Below, piece after piece: positions 13,365 to 25,674 of a DNA stretch of 64,000 nt. This DNA comes from Felis catus (Eukaryota): assembly GCF_018350175.1 (NCBI RefSeq), contig NC_058368.1:65660001-65724000 (forward strand), in the 5' to 3' direction. Numbering within the stretch: position 1 is the first letter of the stretch; the number at the start of each line of letters is the position of its first letter. Under the pieces are notes generated by a model, which saw nothing but the letters and a program-made list of their open reading frames with translations, was not told the DNA's origin and ran no database searches. A program made the translations under genes and the position numbers.

Positions 13365-13490
13365 AGGGACTGGATGGTAACTTAGAGATCGTTTAGTTCA
13401 AGTACCTCTTTTTGCGGGTAGGAAAACGAGGTGAGAGGTTACTCAGCGAGTCACTGGCTGAATTAGAACCATAGCCCAGCTTGACTGACT
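13365..13490 (-). mobile_element. MIR3/MIR remnant
   Basis: ttagagatcgtttagttcaa....ggtaggaaaacgagg resembles antisense MIR3. Confidence 0.6.
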
Positions 13491-13669
13491 TTTGGTTCAT
13501 GCGTCTGTAACACAGCTGTGGCCACTCTGAACTTTTGGGGGAGTAGTAGCTAAGGCAGATAAGTTAAGACCATAGAATGCTTTCCATGTAAATGTGTATG
13601 ATTCATGCAAACGTAATGCTAAGTAACATTTAGGATTTGAACCCCAGCTGTGATGCTCACCTACGTGTA

Positions 13670-13833
13670 GAATGGGCCCCCTAACCTGGGGAGCTTGGTG
13701 CAAAATAAAAATGCTGGCCTCTTGTTGAAAAATTATTAAGAGTTTAAGATCATGACAGCAGAGCATTAAGAAGGCACGTAAGCATGCAACCTGTACACTG
13801 CCTCCCAGGTCAAACCCCGTGAAGGTGGCCCTA
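13670..13833 (-). mobile_element. MER45A-like hAT DNA transposon relic
   Basis: gtgcaaaataaaaatgc..cttgttgaaaaattattaagagtttaagat..gacagcagagcattaa..gtgaaggtggccct. Confidence 0.75.
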
Positions 13834-13954
13834 CGAACCTGCACACACATGCACAGAAGGCTGTTTATGGAAACCCATTTTTATTCTCTTAGGCCTCTGA
13901 TAATATATGATTACTTGTAAATAGTCAATGATACTTCGGCTTTAAATTTGTGTA

Positions 13955-14144
13955 TTTAATTAGAAAAATAGATACTGCCTACAGTGGGCTGGGAGATAGA
14001 AATACGGCAGGGAATGAAATAGACCAGAGTCCCCGTCTTCAGGAAGCTCACGGTGTGGTTTAGGAACTAGACATAAAAGTAAAGAAAATTCGTGAGCTAT
14101 ATAACATATTAGGTAATGATAGTTGCTAAAGAGAAGATGACAGT
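13955..14144 (-). mobile_element. L2 LINE 3' remnant
   Basis: tgcctacagtg..gggagata..gaatgaaatagaccagagtccccgtcttcaggaagctcac is typical of antisense L2 ends. Confidence 0.65.
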
Positions 14145-14370
14145 GGGGCACCTGGGTGGCTCAGTTGGTTAAGCGTCTGACTTTGGCTCAGGTGATGATC
14201 TCACTGTTCTGAGTTCGAGCCCTGTGTTGGATTCTGTGCTGACAGCTCAGAGCCTGGAGCCTGTTTCAGATTCTGTGTCTCCCTCTCTCTCTGCCCCTCC
14301 CCTACTTGCACTCTGTTTCTCTGTCTCTCTCTCAAAAATAAATCAACATTTTAAAAAAATTTTAAAAAGA
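14145..14370 (+). mobile_element. CAN-SINE (SINEC_Fc family)
   Basis: Full head, CT tract and A-rich tail. No TSD recognisable. Confidence 0.97.
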
Positions 14371-14420
14371 ATTTTAGACAAAGATATTTAAATGAGTATG
14401 TCAGTGTAGGTTTAAAAAAG

Positions 14421-14457
14421 TATATATATATATATATTTTTTTTAAATATCATTTAG

Positions 14458-14504
<47 letters not shown>

Positions 14505-14517
14505 TATCATTTAGATA
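14421..14517. repeat. (TA)n microsatellites with duplicated 18-mer ttaaatatcatttagata
   Basis: 18-mer at 14443-14460 and 14500-14517, each preceded by a TA run. Confidence 0.95.
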
Positions 14518-15689
14518 GGACCCAGGTTTTTACAAACGTTATTTTCCTGTCCTTTACTGAATAAGTTTTGTGATATAATTTTAAAAATAAAATTATTCAA
14601 AAGTATTCAAACAAGTTTTATTAAAAAGCATGGAAAATGAGGCTCATATTAAAAACAACAGGACTCAAGGTAGAGGCTCCTGGCACAATTACAGGAAAGA
14701 AGCCGAGAAAGAAGGACCAAATAAGTAAGGCCCAATTTGGGAACTTGTTCCTTGTTCTATGAGAAAAATTCACGGGACTTAAAATGAGATATAAAGCCGT
14801 ACTTGTAGACAGAAAAAAGAAACTTACTTTAAAAAGTCATCATTATTTATCACCAAGAATCCATTTACTTCAAATGACTTTTTAAGTCTGGCTAGACAAT
14901 CTTTGAGTTCTGCTTAGCAGCGTTGAAAGCCTCCAGGAAAAGGTTAAACACACAGTCTGTTTATGTAGATAGTAAGTCTGGTTAATATATTGAAAATTGG
15001 AACAGCATCGCTTGCTTTAACTGGACATTTGGAGATCTCCCATAGCATCTGGAAATTCTTCTTTCTTTCTTTTGTAGCCTTCATGTCTATTTAAAAAAAA
15101 TACCCATGCATACATTTTTGAATAATCAGACTTACAATATTTGTAAACAACATCATTAAATGAAAATGGCAACAAAATAGTGCATCTTTCTATTCAAAGG
15201 ATAGAGAGGCTATGCCTGAGTGAGCCACTGAAGTAGTCTAATTTTCAGTGAAATCTATTTTTTTTATTCCTTAAATTTTTATGACTCACAGTCAGGTCAT
15301 AGAGTCGATCCAATTCGGTTAATAGAAAGTAAGAAAAGATTAAATTAATTTGAAACATATATTGTCTCTGACATGTAGCAGATTATCTTGACATTGGGTT
15401 AAGGTATAAACAAAACATGGTCTATATTTATGTCTAAAGGCCTCAACTGGTAAAATTCAATCAATTCCGTTATTAAATATAACAATAAATGAGACCTCTT
15501 TGCTGAATCCATACATACAGAATGGCTGTGCCCTTAATATGTGCATGAAAAACTCAACAATCGGTGACACATTCATAGCACTCCTTTCCCCACCCCCTTT
15601 CTCTTTTTTCTTAACTGAGAAGAAGAGAAAATACAACTTTATCTCTAGAGTACATGCCTTCTGTCGCATTTGGTAATAGGAAACCTGAG

Positions 15690-15890
15690 GCATAAGTGTC
15701 AGCTACTATGGCCTTGGGTATTTTTCCTAAACTGTATAAGCCTCAGCTTTCTTATCTATAAAAATGTCAATGATAATTGTCCCCAACCCACAGGCTAATT
15801 GTGAGAAATAAATCAAATGATGGGTATAAAGCAGACAATATTAGGTTTGACCACAGGCAGCACAGAATAAAAGTTAGGTGTTATTATCAT
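15690..15890 (+). mobile_element. MIR remnant
   Basis: ggccttgggta..aagcctcagctttcttatctataaaa..tgataat..ttgtgagaaataaat. Confidence 0.8.
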
Positions 15891-16609
15891 TAGGATATGT
15901 TCACAATGTGCTGGGTTCTTTTGAGTGATTGGACTGGCCATTAGCCTCATCGATCGTACATGCAGCAAAACTTTAGTTACTCATGATGCTCTGGATCCAG
16001 ACTGTCTGCTCAGTTCAATAATTCTCAGTAGGTCCCCGCATGGAAATCAAGTTTCCTGGGGTCAGCATGATATAGTCAGGCAAGCTGTGGACTGAAACTT
16101 GCAGAACTGCTTGCTAGTTCTGGCCTCACTCACACTGCATGGATATGAGTATCCTCATCTATATAATGAGAATCCCGTTTTGGTTGTATTTTAATTCATC
16201 TAATGGAGGACATTACTAATCACACAAGTAGGTGTTTAATAAATGTTTGCTGAATGCAGAAAATGTTGGACCCTCCAATCAGTGAAGTCACCTCTGACTA
16301 ACTCTAAAAACTAACTTTCGCTCCTGCAGAAAATGTGAGTGTTGTTTCGAGAGAAAATATTTGTTTGTACACTTAAGAGACATTTATTTGGTAGTAAACA
16401 TTGATGTGTTTTGGTTTGCTTCTTAGAGTTTGAAAGACTACTTTATGCAACTGTCAGTGGATCACCTGTATTAGTAACTAAAATAAAAATCTTACAATAA
16501 ATAAAATCCGATACACCTTTATAAATTTACTTTTTTTCTCTCTCTCTCTCTCTCAAACTGTATACTTGGTTTTAGCATGAATTCCTTCTGACTTTTGGAC
16601 TTTTCATCC

Positions 16610-16981
16610 TGTCATGGGCTGAGTGCTGTCCTTGCTCACACTGTACCTGCGAATGTGACTGTGTTTGGAGATAGGGTCTTTAGAGAGGGAATTAATTTAA
16701 AAATGAAATCCTTCTAGTGGCGCCTAATCTGGTATTACTGGTGTCCCTGTATAAGAAGAGGAAATTCGGACACAGAGGGGTACAGAGGGACCACACATGT
16801 AAAGACACAAAGAAAAGATAGCTGGCTCTCTATAAGCCAAGGGGAGAGGTCCTAGGAAGAAACTAACTCTGAGCACACCTTGCTGTTGGACTCGTAGCCT
16901 CCACAATTTGAGAAAATGAACTTCCATTGCTTAAGTAGCCATCTATGTATTTTTGTAGAGCCTCCCTAGCAAACTCATACA
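16610..16981 (+). mobile_element. MaLR solo LTR (MLT1A/B-like)
   Basis: TG...CA ends with gaatgtgactgtgtttggagatagggtcttta, ataagaagaggaaattcggacacaga, gcctccacaa.tgagaaaat and ccctagcaaactcataca. Confidence 0.9.
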
Positions 16982-17099
16982 CTTTCCACCTAAACAGACC
17001 AAATCCAGTATTTTCCAAGAAGCCTTTACCAACAACTCTGGTCTGTTGGGTCTCTACAGTCATCTTGTATTTTTATTTCATTTTATGTTTTTCATGAAT

Positions 17100-17250
17100 T
17101 TACCTCTTCAAACTGAGCACCAGTCCCAAAGGGACCTAAGTCATGCATTGCCTATTTGTGTATATGCCTGTGTGTGTTCCCCGTTGTATCTAGAATGCTT
17201 CTTCAAATACACAAGTTGGTAGATGTTGAATAAATATTCCGATTGATTTT
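17100..17250 (+). mobile_element. L2 3' end remnant
   Basis: ttgtatctagaatgc...gtagatgttgaataaatatt..gattgatt. Confidence 0.5.
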
Positions 17251-17776
17251 AAATACTCCTCTATAGATGTGTATTAAAGATACAAGAGATTTTCAGTTTC
17301 ATGGAACAACTCACATTACTATGGGCCCTTGGGGATTTCCCTAGGTAAATATTATCAGCAATTCTGTTTCTTTATCATGTTATGCCTCGTTAGCAGAGCT
17401 CTTCTGTGGTTGACGGTCGTGTGAGGTAAGAGGAGGGGAAGGCATGAGATTCTGAAATGTGACTTGGAGAGCCTGCTGAAAACTTACAGAAGCATATCTG
17501 ATGCCAACATATTCATCTTATCTACCTTTATGGGAAGTTTAAGTAAAGAGAAAGAAGATACCCTAAGATTTAAAATATTTGACTGCCTTAAATATGATAT
17601 AGTGATATCAATTGAGAAGCTTATCATGTCTTTGAAAATCTTTTATCCGTGTCAAAGTTTTAACATTGGCGCTATTGGATATCATTAGCGTTGTCACAGG
17701 ATGTAGGAGATTTGCAATGTCTTTGACTATCAACAATAATGAAATAAGGGGAAAGCAGGTGTTTTCTAAATGGCCA

Positions 17777-17778
<2 letters not shown>

Positions 17779-17822
<44 letters not shown>
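17779..17822. repeat. (GT)22 microsatellite
   Basis: Perfect GT run. Confidence 0.99.
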
Positions 17823-17825
<3 letters not shown>

Positions 17826-17943
17826 CGTGCACCTGCGCCTATGTGCACATACATGTGTGCTATATGTAGTGATACACAACTAAACCACATCTTTCTACCA
17901 TTTTTGACGTAAGGCTTCCTCTCTGGGAAGTGAGCACACTTTT

Positions 17944-18149
17944 TCTTTTTGAAGTTTGTTTGTTTGTTTGTTTGTTTGTTTGTTTGAGGAGGGGAGAGGG
18001 GCAGAGAGAGAAGTATAGATTGCATCCCAAATAGGCTCTGCTGTCAGCGTGGAGCCCAACGTGGGGCTCAAACCCATGAACTGTGAGATCATGATCTGAG
18101 TGGAAACCAAGAGTTGATGCTTAACTAACTCACTGAGCCACCCAGGCAC
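17944..18149 (-). mobile_element. Older CAN-SINE whose tail has become (AAAC)n
   Basis: Antisense gtggagcccaacgtggggctcaaacccatgaactgtgagatcatga...gagccacccaggcac with (TTTG)n tail. Degenerate TSD gaagtgagcacactttt / gaagtaagcatcctttt. Confidence 0.93.
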
Positions 18150-19481
18150 GAAGTAAGCATCCTTTTCCTAAACAGGTCAACTTAGCCTTGGCTAAATGCA
18201 AAAGCATGTACATATTAAAGCAGCCAAACATCAGAGGACTATTCATAAAAATAAACATTATTAATGCTGAAAAATATTTAGATCTGAGTTTAGGTAAGTG
18301 AGAAAACAAAAATACAGTAAGCCCTTCAAGTCATATCAAGTAGGGGCAAATTGATGGCTTAAGTAAAATGCATGTTGACAGTTTTCCATAAGAATTTGAT
18401 TTTCCCAAACTGATGCCTGCCAAGATATTTTCCTTTGCCAGTTTATAATTTGGCAAGTAGTTTTGCTTATGTTTTTGTTGTACTGTGCACTTAGTGTGTT
18501 CTCATGGGTCAGTCTTGTGAGAACTGATTATTTAGTGAATTTACGTGGGGAAGTGAATAAGAATGTTCCTTGGAGGTAATTGAGTTTTATGGATGAAAGA
18601 CAGCCTTTTTAGGCTCAGGATTATGGGACACTGTGACTGTTGTAGACTTCACATTTTTCCCTAACCCAAGTTTTATAGCCCTTCTGGGTAACTCTTTTGC
18701 CACTGAAGAGGCAAGGTAGTTCTTGGCTATAACCTATATCCAAATTTTTTTCTGCAAAGCCAAATAACTTAAAAAAAAAACAAGAAAACAAAACAAAACG
18801 GGAATGGAAAGGGCAAAGAGTAGGAGATGGAAGAACAGCAAATCAGGTTATGATTTCCATTCCTTTGAGGATTTTAAATTCATGTTTTGAAAGTTCTCAG
18901 CTGATGCTGCTTCTGATTTATATAGTATTAGAGAAGAATTGCTTCCTGGGAAGCCTTTAATCAAGAGTTAGAACCGCTCAGTTGAAAGAACCCATAATTT
19001 CAAATTACTAAACATATGCTTCCCCCCATATCCTCTGGACGTAAAAGAGTAGTTTCTAAACCAAGATGCAAATTACTCTTCTTTCATGATAACTTTAACA
19101 TACATGCACGTTTTATAATATGATCTAATGACCTATAACATGAGTATAATATGATCTAATAAACATATTCTTTATTGTACCTTTTCCCACTCCCATTCAA
19201 GGGGATACAAGATTTGCTTTCCTATTTTAGTATAATGTTTGACTTAATCAGTGTTATCTCTGAAGTGTACTTTCTCTTTTCAGATCTAAAAGGTCTTAGA
19301 GTATGGAATGAGTTTTGATATGTCTGTAACTGAACGAGGATTTCCAGAAGCCTCTGGACACCCCATTAGCCCTGTTCCAGAAGAGATGTTACCTGTCCCT
19401 TTATCAGTTTGACTGTCTCCTATCCATTGTCAACTGAAGACCCAGTCTGATCTGGTGGGACAATTTAAATTTAGCCATTTA

Positions 19482-19723
19482 GGGGCGCCTGGGTGGCGCA
19501 GTCGGTTAAGCGTCCGACTTCAGCCAGGTCACGATCTCACGGTCCGTGAGTTCGAGCCCCGCGTCGGGCTCTGGGCTGATGGCTCGGAGCCTGGAGCCTG
19601 TTTCCGATTCTGTGTCTCCCTCTCTCTCTGCCCCTCCCCCGTTCATGCTCTGTCTCTCTCTGTCCCAAAAATAAATAAAAAAAAAACGTTGAAAAAAAAT
19701 TTAAAAAATAAAATAAAATAAAA
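19482..19723 (+). mobile_element. Young feline SINEC_Fc, full length
   Basis: Very CpG-rich with intact A and B boxes. Perfect 16-bp TSD taaatttagccattta at 19466-19481 and 19724-19739. Confidence 0.98.
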
Positions 19724-19849
19724 TAAATTTAGCCATTTAAATTTGAGAATGACCAAAGGTCCCAATAATAGGTATCAGGCTACATTTGTTTGTTTTGTTG
19801 TTGTTGTTGTTTTCTTTTGTTTTGTTTACCACAAATCACTTATACTTCT

Positions 19850-20390
19850 AAACAGGTAAAGATTGCATTCATATGCAAATTATAGAAAACCTAGTAAACC
19901 CTGGCTTAGAAGAAATTTGACCTTTTATTTTTCTTCCCTAACAATGGATCAGATTGTTTCCAGTCCCAGGCATATGTTTTGTGGCTCTAAGATGGCTGGT
20001 GGCTCTGCCTGTAATTTTCTTGGTTTTTATTTCATGGGTATAGTATGACTGCCAAAGCATCTTCCAACCCAGTTGAATTCCTAGAAGTATAAAGGTAGTG
20101 GAAAACATTGTGGGAAAGGGAGAAGGAAGAAGCAATACCTGTATCAGGAAAACAAACACTTTCCCTCAAATTCTTAGCAAACTTTGACTTGTACCTCATT
20201 GGCCAGGACAATATCAAATTCTTAGCAAACTTTGACTTAAACCTCATTAGCCAGGATAGTGTCATGTGGCCACTATTAGGCAAATGGGAAAGCAGATTTT
20301 TAGCTTCCATAGTTAAAAAAAAAAAAAAAAGGCCAAGGGGAAAGGATTTAAAACAATCTTAAGTAAGCACAACTGTAGCATCTGCCACAG
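19850..20390. mobile_element. MaLR LTR remnant (MLT1K/L-like) with an internal 48-bp tandem duplication
   Basis: aagatggctg, ctcattggccagga..gtcatgtggccac motifs. Duplicated unit at 20166-20213 and 20214-20261. Confidence 0.6.
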
Positions 20391-21989
20391 ACCAACCTGG
20401 AGTTTGTACTTTTGGGGCAGAATGAAGCATAGAGCCAAAGGAAACCTTCTTGACATGACAGCTAGCTTGGTAAGAACTCTTCCATCATAACCAAGGAGGC
20501 TTATTCAAGGATAAACACATGTCTGCGTAGGGATTCAGGGAAGAATGATGAGTTTTCTCACAAATCCAAAACTAGATGAACTTAACATGATGGTATTTCT
20601 TTACTTGTTCCATCGTAAGCCCCATCTTATTACCCCCAAATTGCAAACAAAACCTGGAGCTATCTTGAACTACCTACTCATAGAAACATCCTTATTTTAT
20701 GAGGGATTCATTATTTTATGTTTCTTTAGGCTCATAAACTGAGGAGTTTTCATGTGTGGACATATTATACCTAACATTGTCCTGTGGTGGAAAAGATTTC
20801 TTCATATAATAATGAGCCTCATAATACTGGGTCATTGCCAATATCCCAACCAAACCAAGAGGCCAGGATTGATATGGTAGAAATTCTTATTTCAAGTGGA
20901 GGGTGTATCTCTGAAGTTCATCAAAAACAGGATGAAAAATAAAGAAAACCTAGAAAAAGTATAATTTTAAACATAATTTCAGATCCATCTTCTGAAGATA
21001 AACCTGAGAAATGTTGGTGCTGCTGTGTGCATGTTAGTTGAAATGTGCAACTTCTGTTCATTCAAGACATACTCGGAGCAATACTGAGAATTCTAGTAAT
21101 CTGTCTTGCATCAAAGAAATCCCACAGTGAGATCTGCTCAGCATATATTTTCCTGGCATGGTGTGGTGAGATTCACTTTAATTACTTCACTATGATATCA
21201 CATTTCTTCAGCTATGATATCACTGGGAAAGAACAGAACATATCTTTTCATAGTACCCAAGTTTTTTGCTACATCCTGCAAATGCCACATGTTACCTCTT
21301 TTCTGTGGATGAGCCCTGGGGCTGACAGAAACTGTGTTTTGTAATGTTCATGGTTCAGGAAAGAACTACTTGCCCTGTCTCTAACCCCCTCCCACCCTGG
21401 CCCTATTCCTCCACATTGACTAACCCTAGCTACTCAGTAATGTATGGATCTCCTTCAACAACTTCCAGCTCCACAGTGCATAGTTCTAGTACCCCTGAGA
21501 GAGCAAGAAGGAGCATATATGTTGACATAGTTCCAGGATGGGCTAACGAGCGATGTTTTGAGGAAGTTAGGCTGTGTTGAGGGTCAGAGTAGAAAGCTAG
21601 AATAGTATCATAAAGGTTGTTTTATTCAAAACCTGTTGGAGGCTGTTTATAAATTATAATGAGAAGCTAATAATATGAGATTTTAATGAAAATGCTAGAA
21701 GTTATACATGTACATTAATGTTGGGTTTTGAGGTCCACCAATGGTCAAAAGCGTTGTTAGGATAAATAAACAATAAGTAATGGGAAACAAAATGATTTCA
21801 ATGATTTGTTCAATTGAAATTCGTGATTTATATTCCCTTTATGGACCTGATTTTCAAGTGGAATTTGCAAAAAAAAAAAAAAACCACACAACAACACAGT
21901 GTTTATACTGGCAGAATTAATTATGAGTAAGTGTTGTGGATATATTATCACTTGTTCTTACTGTTACCATAGGAGGGACAATGTTTATT

Positions 21990-22592
21990 TGGGAAACTTA
22001 TACATTCCCACCCTTGTTGACTTTGGACTTGGCCTAATTCTTGTTTTGGCCCTGAAAAGTTAGAAGACAAGATATAAACCATGTCTCATCAGCAGGTTTA
22101 AAAAATTTTTTTAATTTATTTGTTATTGAGAGACAGAGACAGAATGTGAGCAGGAGAGGTGCAGAGAGAGAGGGAGATACGGAATCCGAAGCAGGCTCCA
22201 GGCTCTGAGCTGTCAGCACAGAGCCTGATGTGGGGCTCGAACTCACAAACTGCAAGATCATGACCTGAGCCAAAGTGGGTCGCCCAACCGACTGAGCCAC
22301 TAAGGTGCCTCCTCATCAGCAGGTTTAAGAATGTTTGGGTATTTGCAACATGTTTTGGTTTTTTTTCCCTCTCTTATCTCTGTAATACGAATGCTGCATC
22401 ATAAGCAAGAGCGGCTTATTCATCCTGGGTCTCAACATGAGAAGAGGGTAGAGCAGAGGTGAAATTGTTAATTCACAATAATCAACCTGAAACAATGGTA
22501 AGAAATAAGTAAACTACTGAGAAATACATTTTTATTGTTTTAAGTCCCTGGGATTTTTGGGTTATTTGTTATTGCAGCAAAGCTGACTAATG
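21990..22592 (+). mobile_element. MaLR LTR remnant (MLT1H/I-like) interrupted by a SINE
   Basis: ttgactttggacttggcc..ttttggcc and 3' ttattgttttaagtccctgggatttttgggttatttgttattgcagcaaagctgactaat. Confidence 0.7.
22102..22311 (-). mobile_element. CAN-SINE (SINEC_Fc family)
   Basis: Antisense full-length copy. Perfect 17-bp TSD ctcatcagcaggtttaa at 22085-22101 and 22312-22328. Confidence 0.97.
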
Positions 22593-24804
22593 GAACTGTT
22601 CACATTTTCTTATTTTAAAACTGGGTACTATTTCCACTGGATTATTTCAAAAAGCCCAGAATAATGGTATACTTTGTCTGTCTCTCCTCTTGGTGGATCA
22701 TATCTCCGTTACCCAGAACAGACACATTTTAGGCTATAACTTAAAGAATACTAAAGGAATACAAAATACAGAGCCTTTTCCTCCGTATGATGAATATACG
22801 GTCTTTCTTGAAGTTAAAATTGGTTTGTCTCTTTGGAAGAGCATGGCCTCCATGGGATAAATGAGAGTGATCAAGAAAGCAATGCTAATAACACTCTTTA
22901 AAACAAAGATCATCTGCTTTATACTAACACTTTACAGTATGAGAAAGGAGGATATCTATAGAATAGATTATCTGCATAGTTTATTCACTTTCCAGGTATA
23001 ATAACCCATTATTGACTTTTTGGACTTGAATGTTCTTTTGTAAGCCACATTTTATAATTGCTTATGCTCCTTGGCAGACTATTTGAGCCCCTCATCCCTA
23101 AAATCTTTTAAAGTGATTGCTGACTGCAGGGAAACTGATTGGTAAAGCAGAGTTGAATAACTGAAGGTCTCTTGCCACAATGTTTTGCCAGAATAATTCA
23201 CATAGGTGCTGTGATGTAGACCCTTTGCAACTCCCCTATTTTTCTTTCTCTTCATACTTTTCCAGGGAAGATTCATCATCTCAGGTTACACAGGTGAAAC
23301 ATAACACAAATTGTTTTTGGGTAGTGTCCCAAATGCAGAAGCCCCAGGTGAAGTTCTATAGGAAATGTGCTTTCCTGGAGAAATGCCGACATTAGGCGTT
23401 GGCATCTTATATACAGTTATAATTAAATAATTAGATCCTTGCAGGCAGTATATTTATGAATGAATCTTTGTACTGTTTCAGGGCAGACTGCTGAAAATCA
23501 ACATGTTTTGCCACTTGAAATTGACACTCTCAACCTGAAATGAATTACTAGAACAGGTTGATTGTGACTGGAGAACATTCTCTTGAAATAAGAATCATAT
23601 TCAGGCAATATGACCTCCATATGTGGCTGTCATATTAGAGATGACAAATGGGGACATTCCAATGGTGTCCAGATTGCTCAGATCATTTTGTGGTATACAC
23701 GCTGTGGTACTCACCTTAAAAAAAAAAAACAACCAAAGGAAAAAAACAAAACAAAACACCAGACCTTTCGAAATTCACAACTTACTGAGCTTTCAAAAAA
23801 TTCTAATAATGAAGTCAACATGCAACCTTCGTATACACTGTAGAAATATAATACCACCTTTTAGCTTGCCATGAAACTGTGTCTTTTTGATTTTTATGAG
23901 AATGTTCTTACCACTCGACTGTAAAACTGCACTGATGTTGTGAAGTAGATCAACAAATTGTGCCTAGCATTTGTTGATACGACATTTGGTGATATGCAGT
24001 CCCCTGGGGACCAGCACACTCTGTTGAGACATGACCCTTTTGTAAGTTTTCGAATATTCACGACAGTTAAGGTGGGTTAATTGATGTCCGGCGTTTAAAA
24101 TATAGAGATAATAATGAGCAGAGATGGCTAGATTTATACATCATACTATATATGTATATATTATATTTTACATATAATTATGTATATAATATATAATATG
24201 TAAGGAGAATATATATACATATTGAAAACCCTACCTATTGACAAGAATAAAAATTTGTCAGTCTGATTTTTTTATGCCGAAACTGGGTTTTCACAGTCCT
24301 TTTGGACTTTTTTCTTTTGAAAATGTATTCCAAATGTAAAAACTGTTGGGATGTTTGAATCTCATTTAAAAAAGGAAACAAATAGCATCAGCTGTCTTTG
24401 GATATAAAGTAATAACTTTCCTTCAGTAGCACCTGTAGTCTCTTTCCAAATACACTTGTCATTTTAGCTTAACAACTCCAACAAGATTCTTTTATTGCCA
24501 TCTGTGTCTCAGGCAGCAGGCACTTTAGGCTTTATGGTTGGAAACAGGAGTCAAAGTTACAGTTGAAGTTGATTAAAGATGACAACAAATTATAACCCTA
24601 TACAGAAACCAACAAGTTTTACCTTGAGCATGGACTTTTTAAATAGGAAACCATGGAAGAAGGTGTAAAGTTCATTTAACATGTATAATAATGTGTGCGA
24701 ATAACAAGTTAATAATGACCTAAGCTTTATTTCCCAAAGATAATTATTATTCCAAAAATATTTGTATAAGTTAATAGCAAAATAGCATATGTGTTTATCT
24801 CAAA

Positions 24805-25620
24805 ATATTCATTTACTCAACCGGTATTTATTTAGCTCCTCTCATGGGACTAAATACTAGATGCTAAGGATTATAGCAGGGGAGAAAAAAGCAAAAAAAC
24901 AAAACAATCTGCCATCATGCTACATTCTAGTAGAGGTGGTGGGGGAATAAATAATAAAGAAACACAAAATTTAAATATAGAGTTTGTCAGATAATACTAG
25001 ATACGCAAAGAAGTATAAAGCAAGGATGGGGGTGGGGCGAATTAAAGAGGACAGATGAGTATTTTCAGTTGGGTACTTAGGGAGAGCCCAACTGGAAGGG
25101 ACACTGAGCTCATCATCTCAGGCTGAGAAGGGCACATGGCACAAAGGCCCTAAGGCTAGAGCATACCTGGAGTATTCCTTGAGCTTTTAGAACACCATTG
25201 TGGCTTTGGTAGGTGTTGTGACATGCGGTAGGAAACAAGGACTCTTCTGGAGCCTAGGAAGATCCTCTGGGCTTGTGGATAAAGGAAGTTTCTGAAATTT
25301 GCTCCAAGTGAAATGAGAAGTTAAAGCAGAGTTTCATAGATCAGTAATGTTATCTGTCTTGTTTTGAGACTAGATTATGGAGTCAGGGTCAGAGCAGAAG
25401 CAGGAAGCGCAGCCAGGAGGCTATCTAAATCATCTAGGGAGGGGAAGAGGGTGGCTTGGACCACAGTGGGGTCATGAATGTACTGAGAGTAGTCAGAATC
25501 TACATATCTTTGGAATCAGAATATACAAGGTTTGCTGACAGTTTTGTTTTTGAGTTTGTTTTTGAGTTTTGAGTTTGAGGAGTCAAGGATGATGCCATGT
25601 TGGAAGTTGTTGCCCATTTT
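24805..25620 (-). mobile_element. L2 LINE 3' fragment
   Basis: attcatttactcaac..tatttat tail, then caaaggccctaaggc, aggaggctat, ggtggcttggacca and gaggagtcaaggatgatgcc, all typical antisense L2a landmarks. Confidence 0.8.
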
Positions 25621-25674
25621 TTGGATGAAAAAGCTATAATGAATGATCTCTTTCAAAAGGTAAGCATATATCCT

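Noticed and set aside
20166..20261. Direct repeats as a possible CRISPR-like array
   Set aside because: Only two adjacent copies with no spacers, in mammalian DNA.
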